Translations under genes and position numbers: made by a program
Notes under the pieces: model-generated
Databases searched by the model: none
Told to the model about the DNA's origin: nothing
The model's input: the letters and a program-made list of their open reading frames with translations, nothing else
DNA from: Histomonas meleagridis 2922-C6/04-290x
Taxonomy: Eukaryota; Protista; Parabasalia
NCBI GenBank assembly: GCA_020184695.1
Contig: JAANOX010000235.1
Span: forward strand, 62,001-126,000
Length of the DNA: 64,000 nt
Reading direction: 5' to 3'
Shown here: in pieces, positions 39,878 through 52,143 of the stretch
Layout: each line of letters begins with the position of its first letter
How positions within the stretch are numbered: position 1 is the first letter of the stretch

Positions 39878-42225
39878 AAGTATTCGAGACTGAATCTACG
39901 GTAGCTATTTCACCTATGAATAAGACTATGTGCGGTGATAAATGTTATGATATTCCAGTATGTCCGGAAAATGCCAATTACTCAGAGGCTTTGTGAACTT
40001 CGCAACATACATAACAGTATAGCGAATCATATTTGGTTTGTATTTATTGAGATCAGTGTATTTACTGGGATGAAGTTCTTCCTCATTCCAGCAACACTTT
40101 GAATTCACTTTTTGATAAATTGAGTGACTTATGATCGTTTCTATAATTTTTTTATGGACATTCCTCCTCCACCTCCTCCACCAAGTCCATCAGTTTTGCA
40201 ACTCGTTCCTGATGAAGCTCTTGCAATTGAAAAGTTGTTTTTAGAATTAAATGAAAAATAATCTCGAATTAATTTTTTTCAGAAAGTTTCAAAAAGTATT
40301 AGAAGTTCAGCCAAGTTGTCCTTTACTCTATGAATTTTTATATTACTCAGTGTATTTATATGGCTTATTTTACGCAAAATAAAGATGCAAAATTATACAT
40401 TTCATTTTTTTAAACTTGTTATTAAATACAAAAATTTAAGTTTTTTTCAAAACTACTTAAGGTATTAAGCATTTATCTTTACATGAAAAATACAAGTGAA
40501 TCAGAGTGTCTTCTGAACGAAATGAACGACCATAAAATGATACCGTCAAATCTTTATTATTATTTAAAAAAAATTATAAATAAAGAAGACAAAGAAAATC
40601 AGAAAGAAAATCATATATTGGAGATTCTTCGAAATGATAATTTAGAAGAATTACAAGAAATGTCAACGCAAAATAAATTTGACTTCAATCAAACAATTGA
40701 ACCATCACCTTATGAAAAACATTCATTTGTTAATCATAAAAATGTTTCATTAATTGATTTTTGTGCATTTTATAAGTCAATTAAATGTTTTAAGTTTTTT
40801 TATTAATTAATGGATCAAATGTTAAAAAAATACATTAAAATATGCGATTGCAGGCGGAAATTTAGAAATTATTCATTTATGCATACAAAATAATTCGACT
40901 ATTAGCTATGTATTAGAAACGGCAATTCAATTTCAACGAAATTACGTGTTTTATTATTTTTATGATGAAAGAAATCAAAAATTTGAAGAAAGAAAAAACT
41001 TAATCTTTAACAAAGATATAAATGAATTAGGAATACAATGCTTAAAACACATTAATTATGAAATTTTATCTTTTTTAGAGAAAGAAGGTTTATCAAAATT
41101 AAATCTTTCACTCCAAGCTGGTGCATTAAGTTTGCATAATCTTCCATTTATACATATATTTTATGAAGGAAAAATGATTAAAAAAGAACTTTTTTCCCAA
41201 TTTCTTGGATATGGAAACCCTATGGTAGTGAAATGGCTCATCAAACAAAAAGGAATTAAGATTGAGAATGACGATGTTAAATTACATAATTCTATGTGAT
41301 AAATATTTATTTAAAATTTCATTAATTTTTTTGAAAAAGCATTTTTTTATGGGCATCAAAGTATAATCATGAACAATTAATTAAGTACTTTTTAAAACAT
41401 GGAATTGATATTAATGTTAAAGATATTTATTTGTTTTGTTTAATATTTATTTTAATAATTTTATATTTCAAAATAATATTTGGAAATTATTTAATACAGC
41501 ACTTATGAATGCATCTTATAATGGTCATATAGAAATAGTTAAATTACTTCTTGAACAAGAAGGAATTGATATTAATGCTAAAGATAATATTTATTTTTAT
41601 TATTTCATATTTCAAAATAATATTTGGAAATTATTTAAATTAATTGAAACAGCACTTATGAAAGCATTTTTTTTTGGTCATACAGAAATAGTTAAATTAC
41701 TTCTTGAACAATAAGGAATTGATATTAATATCAAAAATATTTATTTGTTTTATTTGATGTTTATTTTAATAATTTGATATTTCAAAATAATATTTGGAAA
41801 TTATTTAAATTAATTGAAACAGCACTTATGAAAGCATCTTTTTATGGTCAGATAGAAATAGTTAAATTACTTCTTGAACAAGAAGGAATTGATATAAATG
41901 CAAAAGATATTTATTTGTTTTATTTAATATTTATTTTAATAATTTCTTATTTCAAAATAACATTTGGAAATTATTTAAATTATTTGAAACAGCACTTATG
42001 AATGCATCTTATCATGGTCATACAGAAATAGTTAAATTACTTCTTGAACAAGAAGGAATTGATATTAATGCTAAAAATAATATTTATTTTAATAATTTGA
42101 TATTTCAAAATAATATTTGGAAATTATTTAAATTATTTAATACAGCACTTATGTTTGCATCTTGGAAAGGTCATACAGAAATAGTTAAATTACTACGTGA
42201 ATACAAAGGAAATGATATTAAATAA
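39878..42225 (+). repeat. Inverted segmental duplication, right copy (partner 1-2476)
   Basis: Near-identical reverse complement of the window's left end up to the third ankyrin repeat. Confidence 0.95.
40154..42225 (+). pseudogene. DUF3447 + ankyrin gene, copy 2 (frameshifts, TAA at 41712-41714; 17 full 17-nt inserts and one 8-nt remnant)
   Basis: ATG 40154 (MDIPPP). Repeats decode to KDNYGNTAL, KDNHGETAL, KNDDGETAL, KDNLGETAL and KNNDGNTAL, ending LREYKGNDIK-TAA at 42225. Confidence 0.8.
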
Positions 42226-44130
42226 ATCATTTTTTTTTTTTGTTATTATTAATGATATGATTTTTTTTTTTTGAAAAATACTACAATTCAGAAGATAATG
42301 AGATCTCATTCATTTCTCTTGTAAAAAGTCATTTCAAAATAATAAAAAAAGAATTTTCAGATAAGAAATCAATAAAAATACGAAGAATAACAATTGTATT
42401 AATGAGTGTTCTCAGAGAGTTCCTCAAACTTCAAATCATGCAATATCTTTTCAACAATAATTTTATGTTAATAATGGCATCGGCAGTAGATTGCAAAAAT
42501 ACCCTCGTTATGAAATTTTGACTGTTCAATCTTTCCAAATGCGATATGATTTTCGACCATACTTTTTCGGGAATTTTGGAATATTTCCTATATAGTAATA
42601 TTGTATGTAGATATATTTATTTTCTAAACTATTACCTTGATCATTTTTATTGAAATTTTGAGAAAAAGTGAAAATACATGAAAAAAACAACTTCTCCAAG
42701 ATTTATGCAAATGCAACTTTTTATATGAAGTGGCGCTCTTCTTTATTTATTTGTGAATAAAAAAATTTGATTATTTTTTAAGAATATTTTTTATTTAAAT
42801 TATTACGAATGATCAATATTCTGGTGAATTGAAAAATGCAGATAGGAAAAGATTATTTTTAATCCGTTTTTTGTTCTTCATTATATTTTTTCTCTTTTTC
42901 CTTGATATTGAATATTTCTATGAATAGCTTGTGATTTTTTGTTTTCGTATTTTTATCATTATCGAATGTTTTTTTATTAAATTTAAATATATTTTTTTGT
43001 CTTTTTCATCATGAATGTAGAAATTTGAAGTAATTTATGATATTTTACAATATTATTTGTTAAATCTATCATAATTATATCATATTTTTACATATTTTTT
43101 ATTTTTGATAAATATCAATCATAAATAAATTAAAAATAATATCTGATGTATTTTTCTTGTTTTAATTTTTCTGAGTCGTTAATGAATCAGACATCGATCG
43201 AATAGTATTATTAAATTTATATATTTCGAGTTGATATCTTTTATCTCCATTATCTTTATTCATAAAAAATGATCGATTTATCATATTTAAATTCAGGAAT
43301 ACCGGATATAAATAGTGAGGCATCTGTCAATGGTGATTTTTATATTTTATATCATGACTATATGGTCATTTTTGAATTTTTCGATCGAAAAAGCCAATTT
43401 GTGAGGTTAACGACATCATTTTCTATATGCATTGAAACATTGAATTAAGAAAAACCGTACATATTCAAATTACGAATTTTAATTCAAAAAGTTAACCAAT
43501 GAATTGTAAATTATTCAATTTATTTTTTTTTGGGAAACATTTCTGAAAGAATGGTTTTATTCATCTCTTAAATTTTTATCAAATAATAATATCGAAAAAT
43601 TAAAGTCTCATTTTCTGCAACCAATATATTTGTGAAGCCAAATAAAACTATTTTAATTACAAAAATTTTGATTGAAAATGATCACATATCAAAAAATATA
43701 TAAAAAACCAATTTTTGAGTACTTTTTGACCATCGAAATATAAATATCTTGGTAAATCATTAAAATTGAAAAATATAATATTTATATTTTAATATCTACT
43801 TTATTTTAATATTATAACTAGAAAAAAAAGACCAACACAACTTCACAGAGCTTTTTAGATACGATTTAAAATAAAGTGATAATAAAATGAAGAAAATTGA
43901 ATGAAAAAAATCATTCTTAAGATTTCAAGAACTACCATTTATAAAAAATCATATACATCAAAAATAATTAAGATTGGTCTTAAAAAATATATATTTTGAA
44001 AAAATCGGTTTCGAAATTTCCATTTCGATCTGTAATTTTTTTCTCAATTTGAAGACAGATTTTTACTTAAGTGATGATAAGGACTTAATAAAAATCAAAA
44101 AATTCATCAGAATATGTAAATTTTCCCAGT

Positions 44131-44700
44131 TTGAGTACCTCTAAAATAACACAATTTAAAAAATTCAATTCTTTCATAGGAAAGTTAAAACAGGTAGGAT
44201 ATTTAATTTACTTCTGTTCTCAGTTAACATTTTTGATTTATAAAAAATTGAAGAAGCAACAAAAAGTAGAAATTGTTGGTCAAATTTCCGCAAACATAAC
44301 AATCCATATTTGTATTTCCACAAAATATTCATCTCTCTAAGGTGGATCTCTTTATCGCAAGTTTTCACAACTTTTTTCTCTTTAGTACTCTTCGATCACT
44401 GGGAGTTTTAATGAAAGATTTGGAGCAATATTTTCAGGATCACAAAAAGAAACATCATATACTTCAAGTATTTCTTATGCAAACATAACTTATTGTGGAG
44501 CCAAAGCTTAAACTGCTAGTGTATGTTTCGAGTTCACAGTACATGTTGGAGATTGCTTCTTTTCAGGTTCCAATGGCAAATCGCCAAGTTATATCTCTGT
44601 CTATAGCACAGAATGCCTCATAAAAATCCAAAATTGTGTGTTTTTGATAAACTTCAGAATGAGGCCATCGGCGAACGATACAAAGGAAATACAGTTTTGA
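44131..44700 (+). pseudogene. Decayed surface-protein (Pmp/beta-helix-like) remnant
   Basis: Stop-interrupted reading SL*GGSLYRKF..SITGSFNERFGAIFSG..ISYANITYCGAKA*..VHVGDCFFSGSNG..IKIQNCVF. Confidence 0.35.
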
Positions 44701-45798
44701 AAAAAAATAATACATTTAGATAATTTATTATTTGCATTTAATTCAAATTGTGATAGAAAATTAATTTTTAAGTAAATGATCTCAACGTGGTAACCATTGG
44801 AGCACTACTTATAACTTTAATTATTTTTAGCAAGTTTTTTATAATATCGAAGACCAAAGGAAATTGAGAAAGAAAGAGACGAAAGCGTAAAGTCAGATAA
44901 CCCAGTACTCATGAATTTAGTAGCATAAACGATTATTTCTGGATTAATAAAATTTATTTATCATGAAGTTAGTTAAGTGGTTCAAATCTAAAAGGCAAAA
45001 ATCAACTTGACTCAATAATTTCCAGATCCATTATTTTGTTTGTTACTATTCTTTTATTCTTGGACTTGCATTTCAATGTCCATATGTATCAAATATACTT
45101 AAATTTTGGTTTCAAGAATTCTCAAATTTGCATTGTGATGTCAACATGTATGTTTTTTCATTTCTTCGATATTAATTTATTTCTTTTTACCTTACACTAA
45201 AAACAAAAAAATCAAAAACACGTAAACAAAGTTACTTACATGCAGTTAAATTATTTTTCCATCATAACCAACAATCAAAAGAATTGGCGCTTGTTTTACT
45301 TATCGATTTTCTATATAATACATTTGTTTTATTACACACTCCGCGTTGGTTACTTACCTGAAAAAGAAGAAAATAAATGCGAACTCATCAGAATTTGGAA
45401 TTTTGTTTAAAATTTGTATAAATAATAATATTATCACCAAATTCCTTATATTTTAAGCAAAAAATCTTTAAAATATACTGATTTTATTAGCAAATGAACG
45501 GAATCAAAAGAAGATTTCATCTTGAAGTAACATCTCAAAGCATATTCATAAATGATATTCTTCATTTAAATCTGATAATTATTAAATAAAACAATATTTT
45601 GTGCAAAATCATAATTGTCAAATCCTTAATGATATATTTCAGCTGATGACTAAATCCAAAACAAACATTTCAAATAAATATATATATAAATTGATTGCAC
45701 TGTTTCTTATAAAATCACAAGAAAAATATTTTAATTTAATTTGTGATTTATTTCATTTCAATAACATTTAATCAACATAAAATATATAATTTATTCAT

Positions 45799-47686
45799 TT
45801 AATCGACTTCTTCAACACGTGGTCCTGATGAGTGTCCACTATTTGCTGATGCTCCACTTCCTCCTTGCATGTTCGCGCCTGGCATTCCGCCTTGTGCGCC
45901 GCCTGCCGCATGTTGATAAGCCGATTGCATAATTGGCATCAGTTTGCCTTCGAGTTCCTTCTGCTTCGCTTCGATTGTAGCGACGTCTGCGTCTTGGTTA
46001 GCGTCGATCCATGCGAGCGCGTCATTGATTTCCTTGTTGATTGTGTCCTTGTCTCGATTGTGACAATGCGTTAGCGAACTGCTCTTGATTTAATGAGTTG
46101 CGTACGCCGAAGCAGTACCCTTCGAGTGCGCTCTTCCCTTCCCCTTTCTTACGCACTTCTTCATCTTGTGCTTTGTACTTCTCTGCGTCTGCAACCATTT
46201 TGTCGATATCTGCTTGTGAAAGACGTCCTTTCTCATTCTTAATCGTAATCTTCTTAACGTTACCTGTCGACTTATCTTGTGCCGAAACGTTCATAATACC
46301 ATCTGCGTTAACATCGAATGTAACTTCAATCTGTGGCACGCCGCGTGGTGCTGGCGGAATGCCTGTTAAATCGAATGTACCAAGCAAGTTGTTATCGCGT
46401 GTTCGTGAACGTTCTCCCTTCATAAACTTTGATTGTAACTGCAGGCTGGTTATCGGAGAATGTTGTGAAGACATTTGATCTTCTTGCATGGGATTGTTGT
46501 GTTACGTGGAATCAGCACTGTCATAATTTCACCTGCTGTTTCGATACCTAATGAAAGCGGTGCAACATCTAACAATAAGATATCTTTGATTTCTTCATGT
46601 GTATCGCCTTTGATAATTGCTGCTTGAACTGCTGCGCCATATGCAACTGCTTCATCAGGATCAACACCACGACATGGCTGCTTACCGTTGAAGAAGTCTT
46701 GCAACAATTGTTGGACACGTGGAATACGCGATGAACCTCCAACAAGAACAATATCGGTGACATCGACCTCGACATGTTCGCATCTCTTAAAACTTGTGCG
46801 ACTGGATTCATTGTTGACCTGAAAAGTTCATCATTTAAGTTCTCGAACATTGCACGTGAGATGTTATCCATAAAGTCGTGGCCTTCATATAATGAATCGC
46901 AGACAATTGATGCGGATGTGGCTGTGGATAATGTTCGCTTAGCACGTTCGCATGCTGTTCGTAATGTACGGAGTGCACGTGGCGATTGTCTTAAGTCGCA
47001 TTTGAACTTCTTTTGGAAACGATCTGCGAAGTAATTAACCATACGATTATCAAAATCTTCACCGCCAAGATGTGTATCACCTGCTGTGGCACGCACTTCG
47101 AACATGCCGCCATCGATATCAAGTAATGAAACATCAAATGTACCGCCGCCAAGATCGAAGATAAGAACATGACGTTCGTTATCAGATTTTTCGTTAAGAC
47201 CAAATGCAATAGCAGCGGCTGTTGGTTCGTTGATGATACGAAGAACATTTAATCCGGCAATAACACCTGCATCTTTTGTGGCTTGACGTTGACCATCGTT
47301 GAAATATGCTGGAACTGTAACAACAGCATCAGTAAGATTTCTTCTGGATAGAATTGTTTGGTTTCACCCTTCCATTGAACTTGAATCCTTGGACGATCTG
47401 CATCACCACGAACAACCTTGAATGGCCAATGTTGCATATCTTTTTGAACAACTGGATCACTAAACTTACGGCCAATCATACGCTTGGCATCAAATACTGT
47501 GTTTGTTGGATTCATGGCTGCTTGGTTCTTTGCGGCATCACCAACAAGTCTTTCATCTTCGGTGAATGCAACATAAGATGGGGTTGTACGATTACCCATA
47601 TCATTTGCTATAATATCGACACGACCGTGTCTGAAGACACCGACACAACTATAAGTTGTACCAAGATCAATACCAATTGCTGACAT
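45799..47686 (-). pseudogene. HSP70: Cytosolic HSP70 (EEVD), with an internal deletion and several frameshifts
   Basis: [47 protein letters not shown] and terminal GPRVEEVD-TAA. The conserved segment between PEEI and [11 protein letters not shown] is missing at about 47335. 1-nt indels near 46770, 46480 and 46420. Confidence 0.9.
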
Positions 47687-48382
47687 AATAAAAAAATGAT
47701 CTTATGAAGGCATTTTTTGGTTGAGCATTTAATGATTCAATTTAAGTATTCGACCATTTAAAGTATTGAAATATTAACGGTTCCTATGATGATGGTAACA
47801 AAATAAAAAGTTTAATTAACTATATAAATATTTTTACTTAAATATTGAAATATATTCTAGTTTTCTAAAGTTATAGTCAATTGAAATCATATTAAAGCAT
47901 TAATTTATCAAAAATGTTTTAAATATCCAAAAGACAATTATTTGCGATATTTATATTTTTTGATAAATTTATCTTCATTAAAAATCAACAACAAAATAAT
48001 CTTCTTGAATGCTTGAACTAGATAATCTTATTGCAAATGTGTTTATAGTCTCATTTTGTTCTTATGTTTCATTTCCATTAATTTCCAATTTTTGATTTCG
48101 AATTCAAATTAACAATATAAGTAATGTTACAATAATAAAAATAATAACAACACAAACAATAATTACAATTGTTATATTTTTTTGCATATCATTTCCATTA
48201 ATATATGTGAAGAAATTCGAATAATATTCTAATACGTTGAAAGAAACAATATCTGTTTTTTTGCATCTTTTTGATATCAAATAATTTCAAAAAAATTATC
48301 ACAAAATTTTTGCATTTTTATGATGTAAGCAAACATATTCTAATTCAAAGAGTTTTAATTCAAATAATTTTTCTAATATTTA

Positions 48383-50263
48383 TCATTTATGAAAAGTAAA
48401 TTTTTCTTGATCCAAATTAAATGAAAGGAACAATTTCAGCAAATCTTCTTTTGACCTCATCATTTCCCAAATAGTTCTAAAGAATGAATTCCAATTCATG
48501 ACTTCTTCAGTTTTCAAACACTTAAAGAAGTTTGTATCTCTGAAAGCAATTTTTTCGAAAAAGAGAAACACTTCCATCAAAAGTTCCTTATCCATAACAT
48601 TAAACAAATACACAAGTGCTGCTTGGAAAGCTGCTTCTCCAGCATTTTTATCATAATGATTACAAAGTATTCTAATATTAGAAAGTATTTTTGTAACGAA
48701 GATAAACAATTTACCCAAAGAATTCATATTCAAATGATTATTCAAAAGTGCCTCGCAATTTCTCTTCATAACATTTGAATGCTTTACATTATCTGGACAT
48801 TCGTATTTCGATTGAACATTTTGTAGAAGTGATTTAAATGATTTAATAAGAGAATTAATTTTACCGAAGGCACTAATATTTAAATGATTAAAAACGCATA
48901 AGTAAGCACAATATGAAAGAGGTTTTTGTTCCAAATTTCGATTACAAAATATGTTTTGAACACTTTCATCAATAGTTTTCGTTCTACTTAATCCATTTTC
49001 TAAAAATTTATTTATAATTTCAGAGAATATCATATTTCTATATTCTAAAATACGGTTTTGATATTTTTGATATTCATTTTCATAAAATTTTAATGTGATA
49101 ATTTCTTCATGTTCGTTTGAAAGCTTTAAAATTTCGTTTTGTTGTTGATTTAATTTATTGTTATCATCAAAGAATATCGATGGGAAAATATGTCGATTTG
49201 TACCATATGAATGAAAAAAATCTATGGAAAGTGGTGAGAAAAGTGGTCTATTCCCAATATCGCGTTGAATACTTAAAATTTCATATTGACGAAGTTTGAA
49301 AAATGGAATTTTTAATAGAATTGAAATATCGATTGAAGAAAATATTAATGTTTCATATTGTAATGAACATTGCGTAGAAAATGAAGGTAAAACATCATAA
49401 CATTTCCCATGTCGTTGATCTAAAAATGCTAAACATATCAAAAGACATTTATCCTCAATTTCGCATATGTTTGTAAGGTATTGATATACTCCTTCATTAA
49501 ATTTAAAAAATGTGGAATTTTCATGGTGATTTTTCCATAATAAAAAAGATTTTTGTAGAAAACCATGAACCAAAAGTTTGAGTTTGCCTTCAAAATTTGA
49601 AGTAATTAATTCACGAATAACTAAATAATGTGGAACTGGAATAATCTTATTTAATGATTTAATGGTGCTACAAAGCTCTGATAGAATTTGACCATTGGTA
49701 ATTTGAGAAAAATCAGTAAATCGTTGAGAAAAACAGTCCCAAAGGATATTTGTATAATAATTAAGAGAAAGAAGAAATGATGATATCATTGGAAATAAAT
49801 GTGATTTGGGAGCTTCCATACTAATGAGACCTAGAAGAAGCTGTGACGCTGTTTCACAGGATTCATGTGTTGAAAAAAATCCAAATAATGCTGGAAATGT
49901 GGAAAATGCAAAAAGTGTACTAGAAAATGAATCTGTACATTGAAATATGGAGAAAATAAAATCACGAGGATTAAGAGATACCATCCTTATTATTTTGATA
50001 ATAGCTTGGCTAGAATCTAAATCAAGTATATCTAGGTCATAATCTTGACTAAAAAATAAATCTTGCATGATTTCGCTTTTTGATATTTTCGGATCTCCTG
50101 ATATTCGTGCAAAAAGTGAATAATATAATAAATAATTAGATCTTTGAATAATCACATTTTGCATTTGAATACTTTGCAATCTAGACAGTACTGCAGACTT
50201 GTATTTTTTTGTCCCTGTAATTTTCTGTTTTACTTCACAAATTCGTGCTTTGTTTTTCTTCAA
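48383..50263 (-). CDS. Hypothetical protein (about 600 aa, start uncertain)
   Basis: Long ORF. An ATG at about 50290 is out of frame across an A9 run, and the first in-frame ATG is MQNVIIQ. Confidence 0.7.
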   Translation of the reverse strand: MKKNKARICEVKQKITGTKKYKSAVLSRLQSIQMQNVIIQRSNYLLYYSLFARISGDPKISKSEIMQDLFFSQDYDLDILDLDSSQAIIKIIRMVSLNPRDFIFSIFQCTDSFSSTLFAFSTFPALFGFFSTHESCETASQLLLGLISMEAPKSHLFPMISSFLLSLNYYTNILWDCFSQRFTDFSQITNGQILSELCSTIKSLNKIIPVPHYLVIRELITSNFEGKLKLLVHGFLQKSFLLWKNHHENSTFFKFNEGVYQYLTNICEIEDKCLLICLAFLDQRHGKCYDVLPSFSTQCSLQYETLIFSSIDISILLKIPFFKLRQYEILSIQRDIGNRPLFSPLSIDFFHSYGTNRHIFPSIFFDDNNKLNQQQNEILKLSNEHEEIITLKFYENEYQKYQNRILEYRNMIFSEIINKFLENGLSRTKTIDESVQNIFCNRNLEQKPLSYCAYLCVFNHLNISAFGKINSLIKSFKSLLQNVQSKYECPDNVKHSNVMKRNCEALLNNHLNMNSLGKLFIFVTKILSNIRILCNHYDKNAGEAAFQAALVYLFNVMDKELLMEVFLFFEKIAFRDTNFFKCLKTEEVMNWNSFFRTIWEMMRSKEDLLKLFLSFNLDQEKFTFHK

Positions 50264-50969
50264 CTTTTTTTTTCTTTTGTGTAATGTACATAAAATAGTA
50301 ATTTGAATGTTGTCAAGAAATATTGAATCAAAAAATATCGTCTAGTAAGTGGGAGTTCAAGAAATGAAAGGTAACATTCCAAAATGTTCAAAATAAATGG
50401 GAAATGATTATACCAATCAAGGAAGTAGTTTTTGGCTTTTCATACAAGTGATAGATTTTTATTTTAATTTTTCAAAGTAATTATTGTATCGAAAAAAATA
50501 CGAAACTAAAACAAAATTTCTGAATTATTACTATAGCTTATTTTTATAAAAAAATGTAAGAATCATATTATCTTCTTAAAAGTTATTTTATAATTAATAA
50601 TTTAAATTACGGTTTCCTGAATTCGAAATTTTTTTAACTTTTTTTTATTTGAAATCAATTTAAACCAGTGCTGTTTGCAAACAGTCATAATTATATTTAT
50701 TTGATTAAATTTCATTGACATTGGAAAGCTGGAAGAAAACCACAACCAAATAATCACAGAAAAAACCCCGTTAAAACAAACGATACAAAAACATTTGACT
50801 ACTTTATTTTATTTGCTGTTGTTTATATATTTTCATCAATTTTCTGAGCAAATCTGGCCTTTCCTCTGTAATTTAGTGGTTGAACACAAAGGTTTTTCAA
50901 TTCGGTTTGATCACTTTTTCAGAATTTCGAAAACGATGGCCGACCAACATCGTTTTTATGAAACTGATC

Positions 50970-50975
50970 TCACTT
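50970..50975 (+). promoter_or_regulatory. Parabasalid initiator (Inr) TCACTT upstream of carbamate kinase
   Basis: TCACTTTTACA-ATG. Similar motifs precede the ATGs at 30253, 18943, 4743 and 47686. Confidence 0.7.
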
Positions 50976-50980
50976 TTACA

Positions 50981-51913
50981 ATGAGGATTGTTATTGCCCT
51001 CGGAGGTAATGCTCTTCTTCAACGCGGTAAGAAGGGAACTTTTGAAGATCAACAAGAGGCTGCTGCTCTTGCCATGTCTCAAATTGTCCAACTTGTTAAG
51101 AATGGCTACGATCTTGTTCTTACCCATGGAAATGGTCCACAATGCGGTGCTATCTTCCTCCAAAACGTTAACAGCGAACCAGAAATCCCAGCAATGCCAT
51201 TACACGTTTGTGGTGCCATGTCACAAGGTTTCCTTGGTGAAATGATCCAACAAGAACTTGATGCTGCTATCAAGAAGGAAGGCCTTAACAAGAAGAGCGT
51301 TTCTATTGTAACCCAATCCTATGTTGATCCAAATGATCCAGCATTCCAAAAGCCAACCAAGCCAATTGGCCAATTCTACACAGAAGAAAAAGCCAAGCAA
51401 ATGCAAAAGGAAAAGGGTTACACAATGATGGAAGATGCAGGCCGTGGCTGGCGTATCGTTGTTCCATCTCCAGTTCCAGTTTCATTTGTTGAACAAGATG
51501 CAATCAAGTGCCTCGTTAACAATGGCTTCATTGTCATTTGCTCTGGTGGTGGTGGTATTCCAGTTATTGATGACAATGGCCACACCAAAGGTGTTGAAGC
51601 TGTTATTGATAAGGATCTTGGTGCATCAGTTCTTGCCGAAGTTACCGAATCCGAAGCCTTCATGATCCTTACTGATGTCCAAGAAGCTATGATCAATTTC
51701 CGCAAGCCAGATCAACAAGCTCTTCGTGATGTTACTGTTGCTCAAATGAAGGAATACATTGCACAAGGTCAATTCTACTCTGGATCAATGCTTCCAAAGG
51801 TTCAAGCATGCATTAGATTCGTTGAACGCACTGGAAAACCAGCCATCATCACATCTCTTGATCATGCTCTCCAAGCACTCCGTGGTGAATGCGGAACAAA
51901 GATCCTCCCATAA
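50981..51913 (+). CDS. arcC: Carbamate kinase (arginine dihydrolase pathway)
   Basis: MRIVIALGGNALL, THGNGPQCG, PTKPIGQFY, GRGWRIVVPSP, GGGGIPV, VEAVIDKD, GSMLPKV. Confidence 0.97.
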   Translation: MRIVIALGGNALLQRGKKGTFEDQQEAAALAMSQIVQLVKNGYDLVLTHGNGPQCGAIFLQNVNSEPEIPAMPLHVCGAMSQGFLGEMIQQELDAAIKKEGLNKKSVSIVTQSYVDPNDPAFQKPTKPIGQFYTEEKAKQMQKEKGYTMMEDAGRGWRIVVPSPVPVSFVEQDAIKCLVNNGFIVICSGGGGIPVIDDNGHTKGVEAVIDKDLGASVLAEVTESEAFMILTDVQEAMINFRKPDQQALRDVTVAQMKEYIAQGQFYSGSMLPKVQACIRFVERTGKPAIITSLDHALQALRGECGTKILP

Positions 51914-52143
51914 GTAAAAAAGTTACAATAATTTTGTTGTTTTCCCATGAATTTTGAATAAATATTTTAATTTGCAAATGGGAACTAATTTCATCAATAG
52001 GTGTCATCCATTTTCGATTTTTTATTTATGTCTCAATCTTTAATAGAATCTAATTCTATTAAGCAAATTGAGCCTGTTTCTGATTTATTAACTTATTCGA
52101 ATCTTTATCAAATCCTTTCAATATAAATGATAAAAAACAAAAA

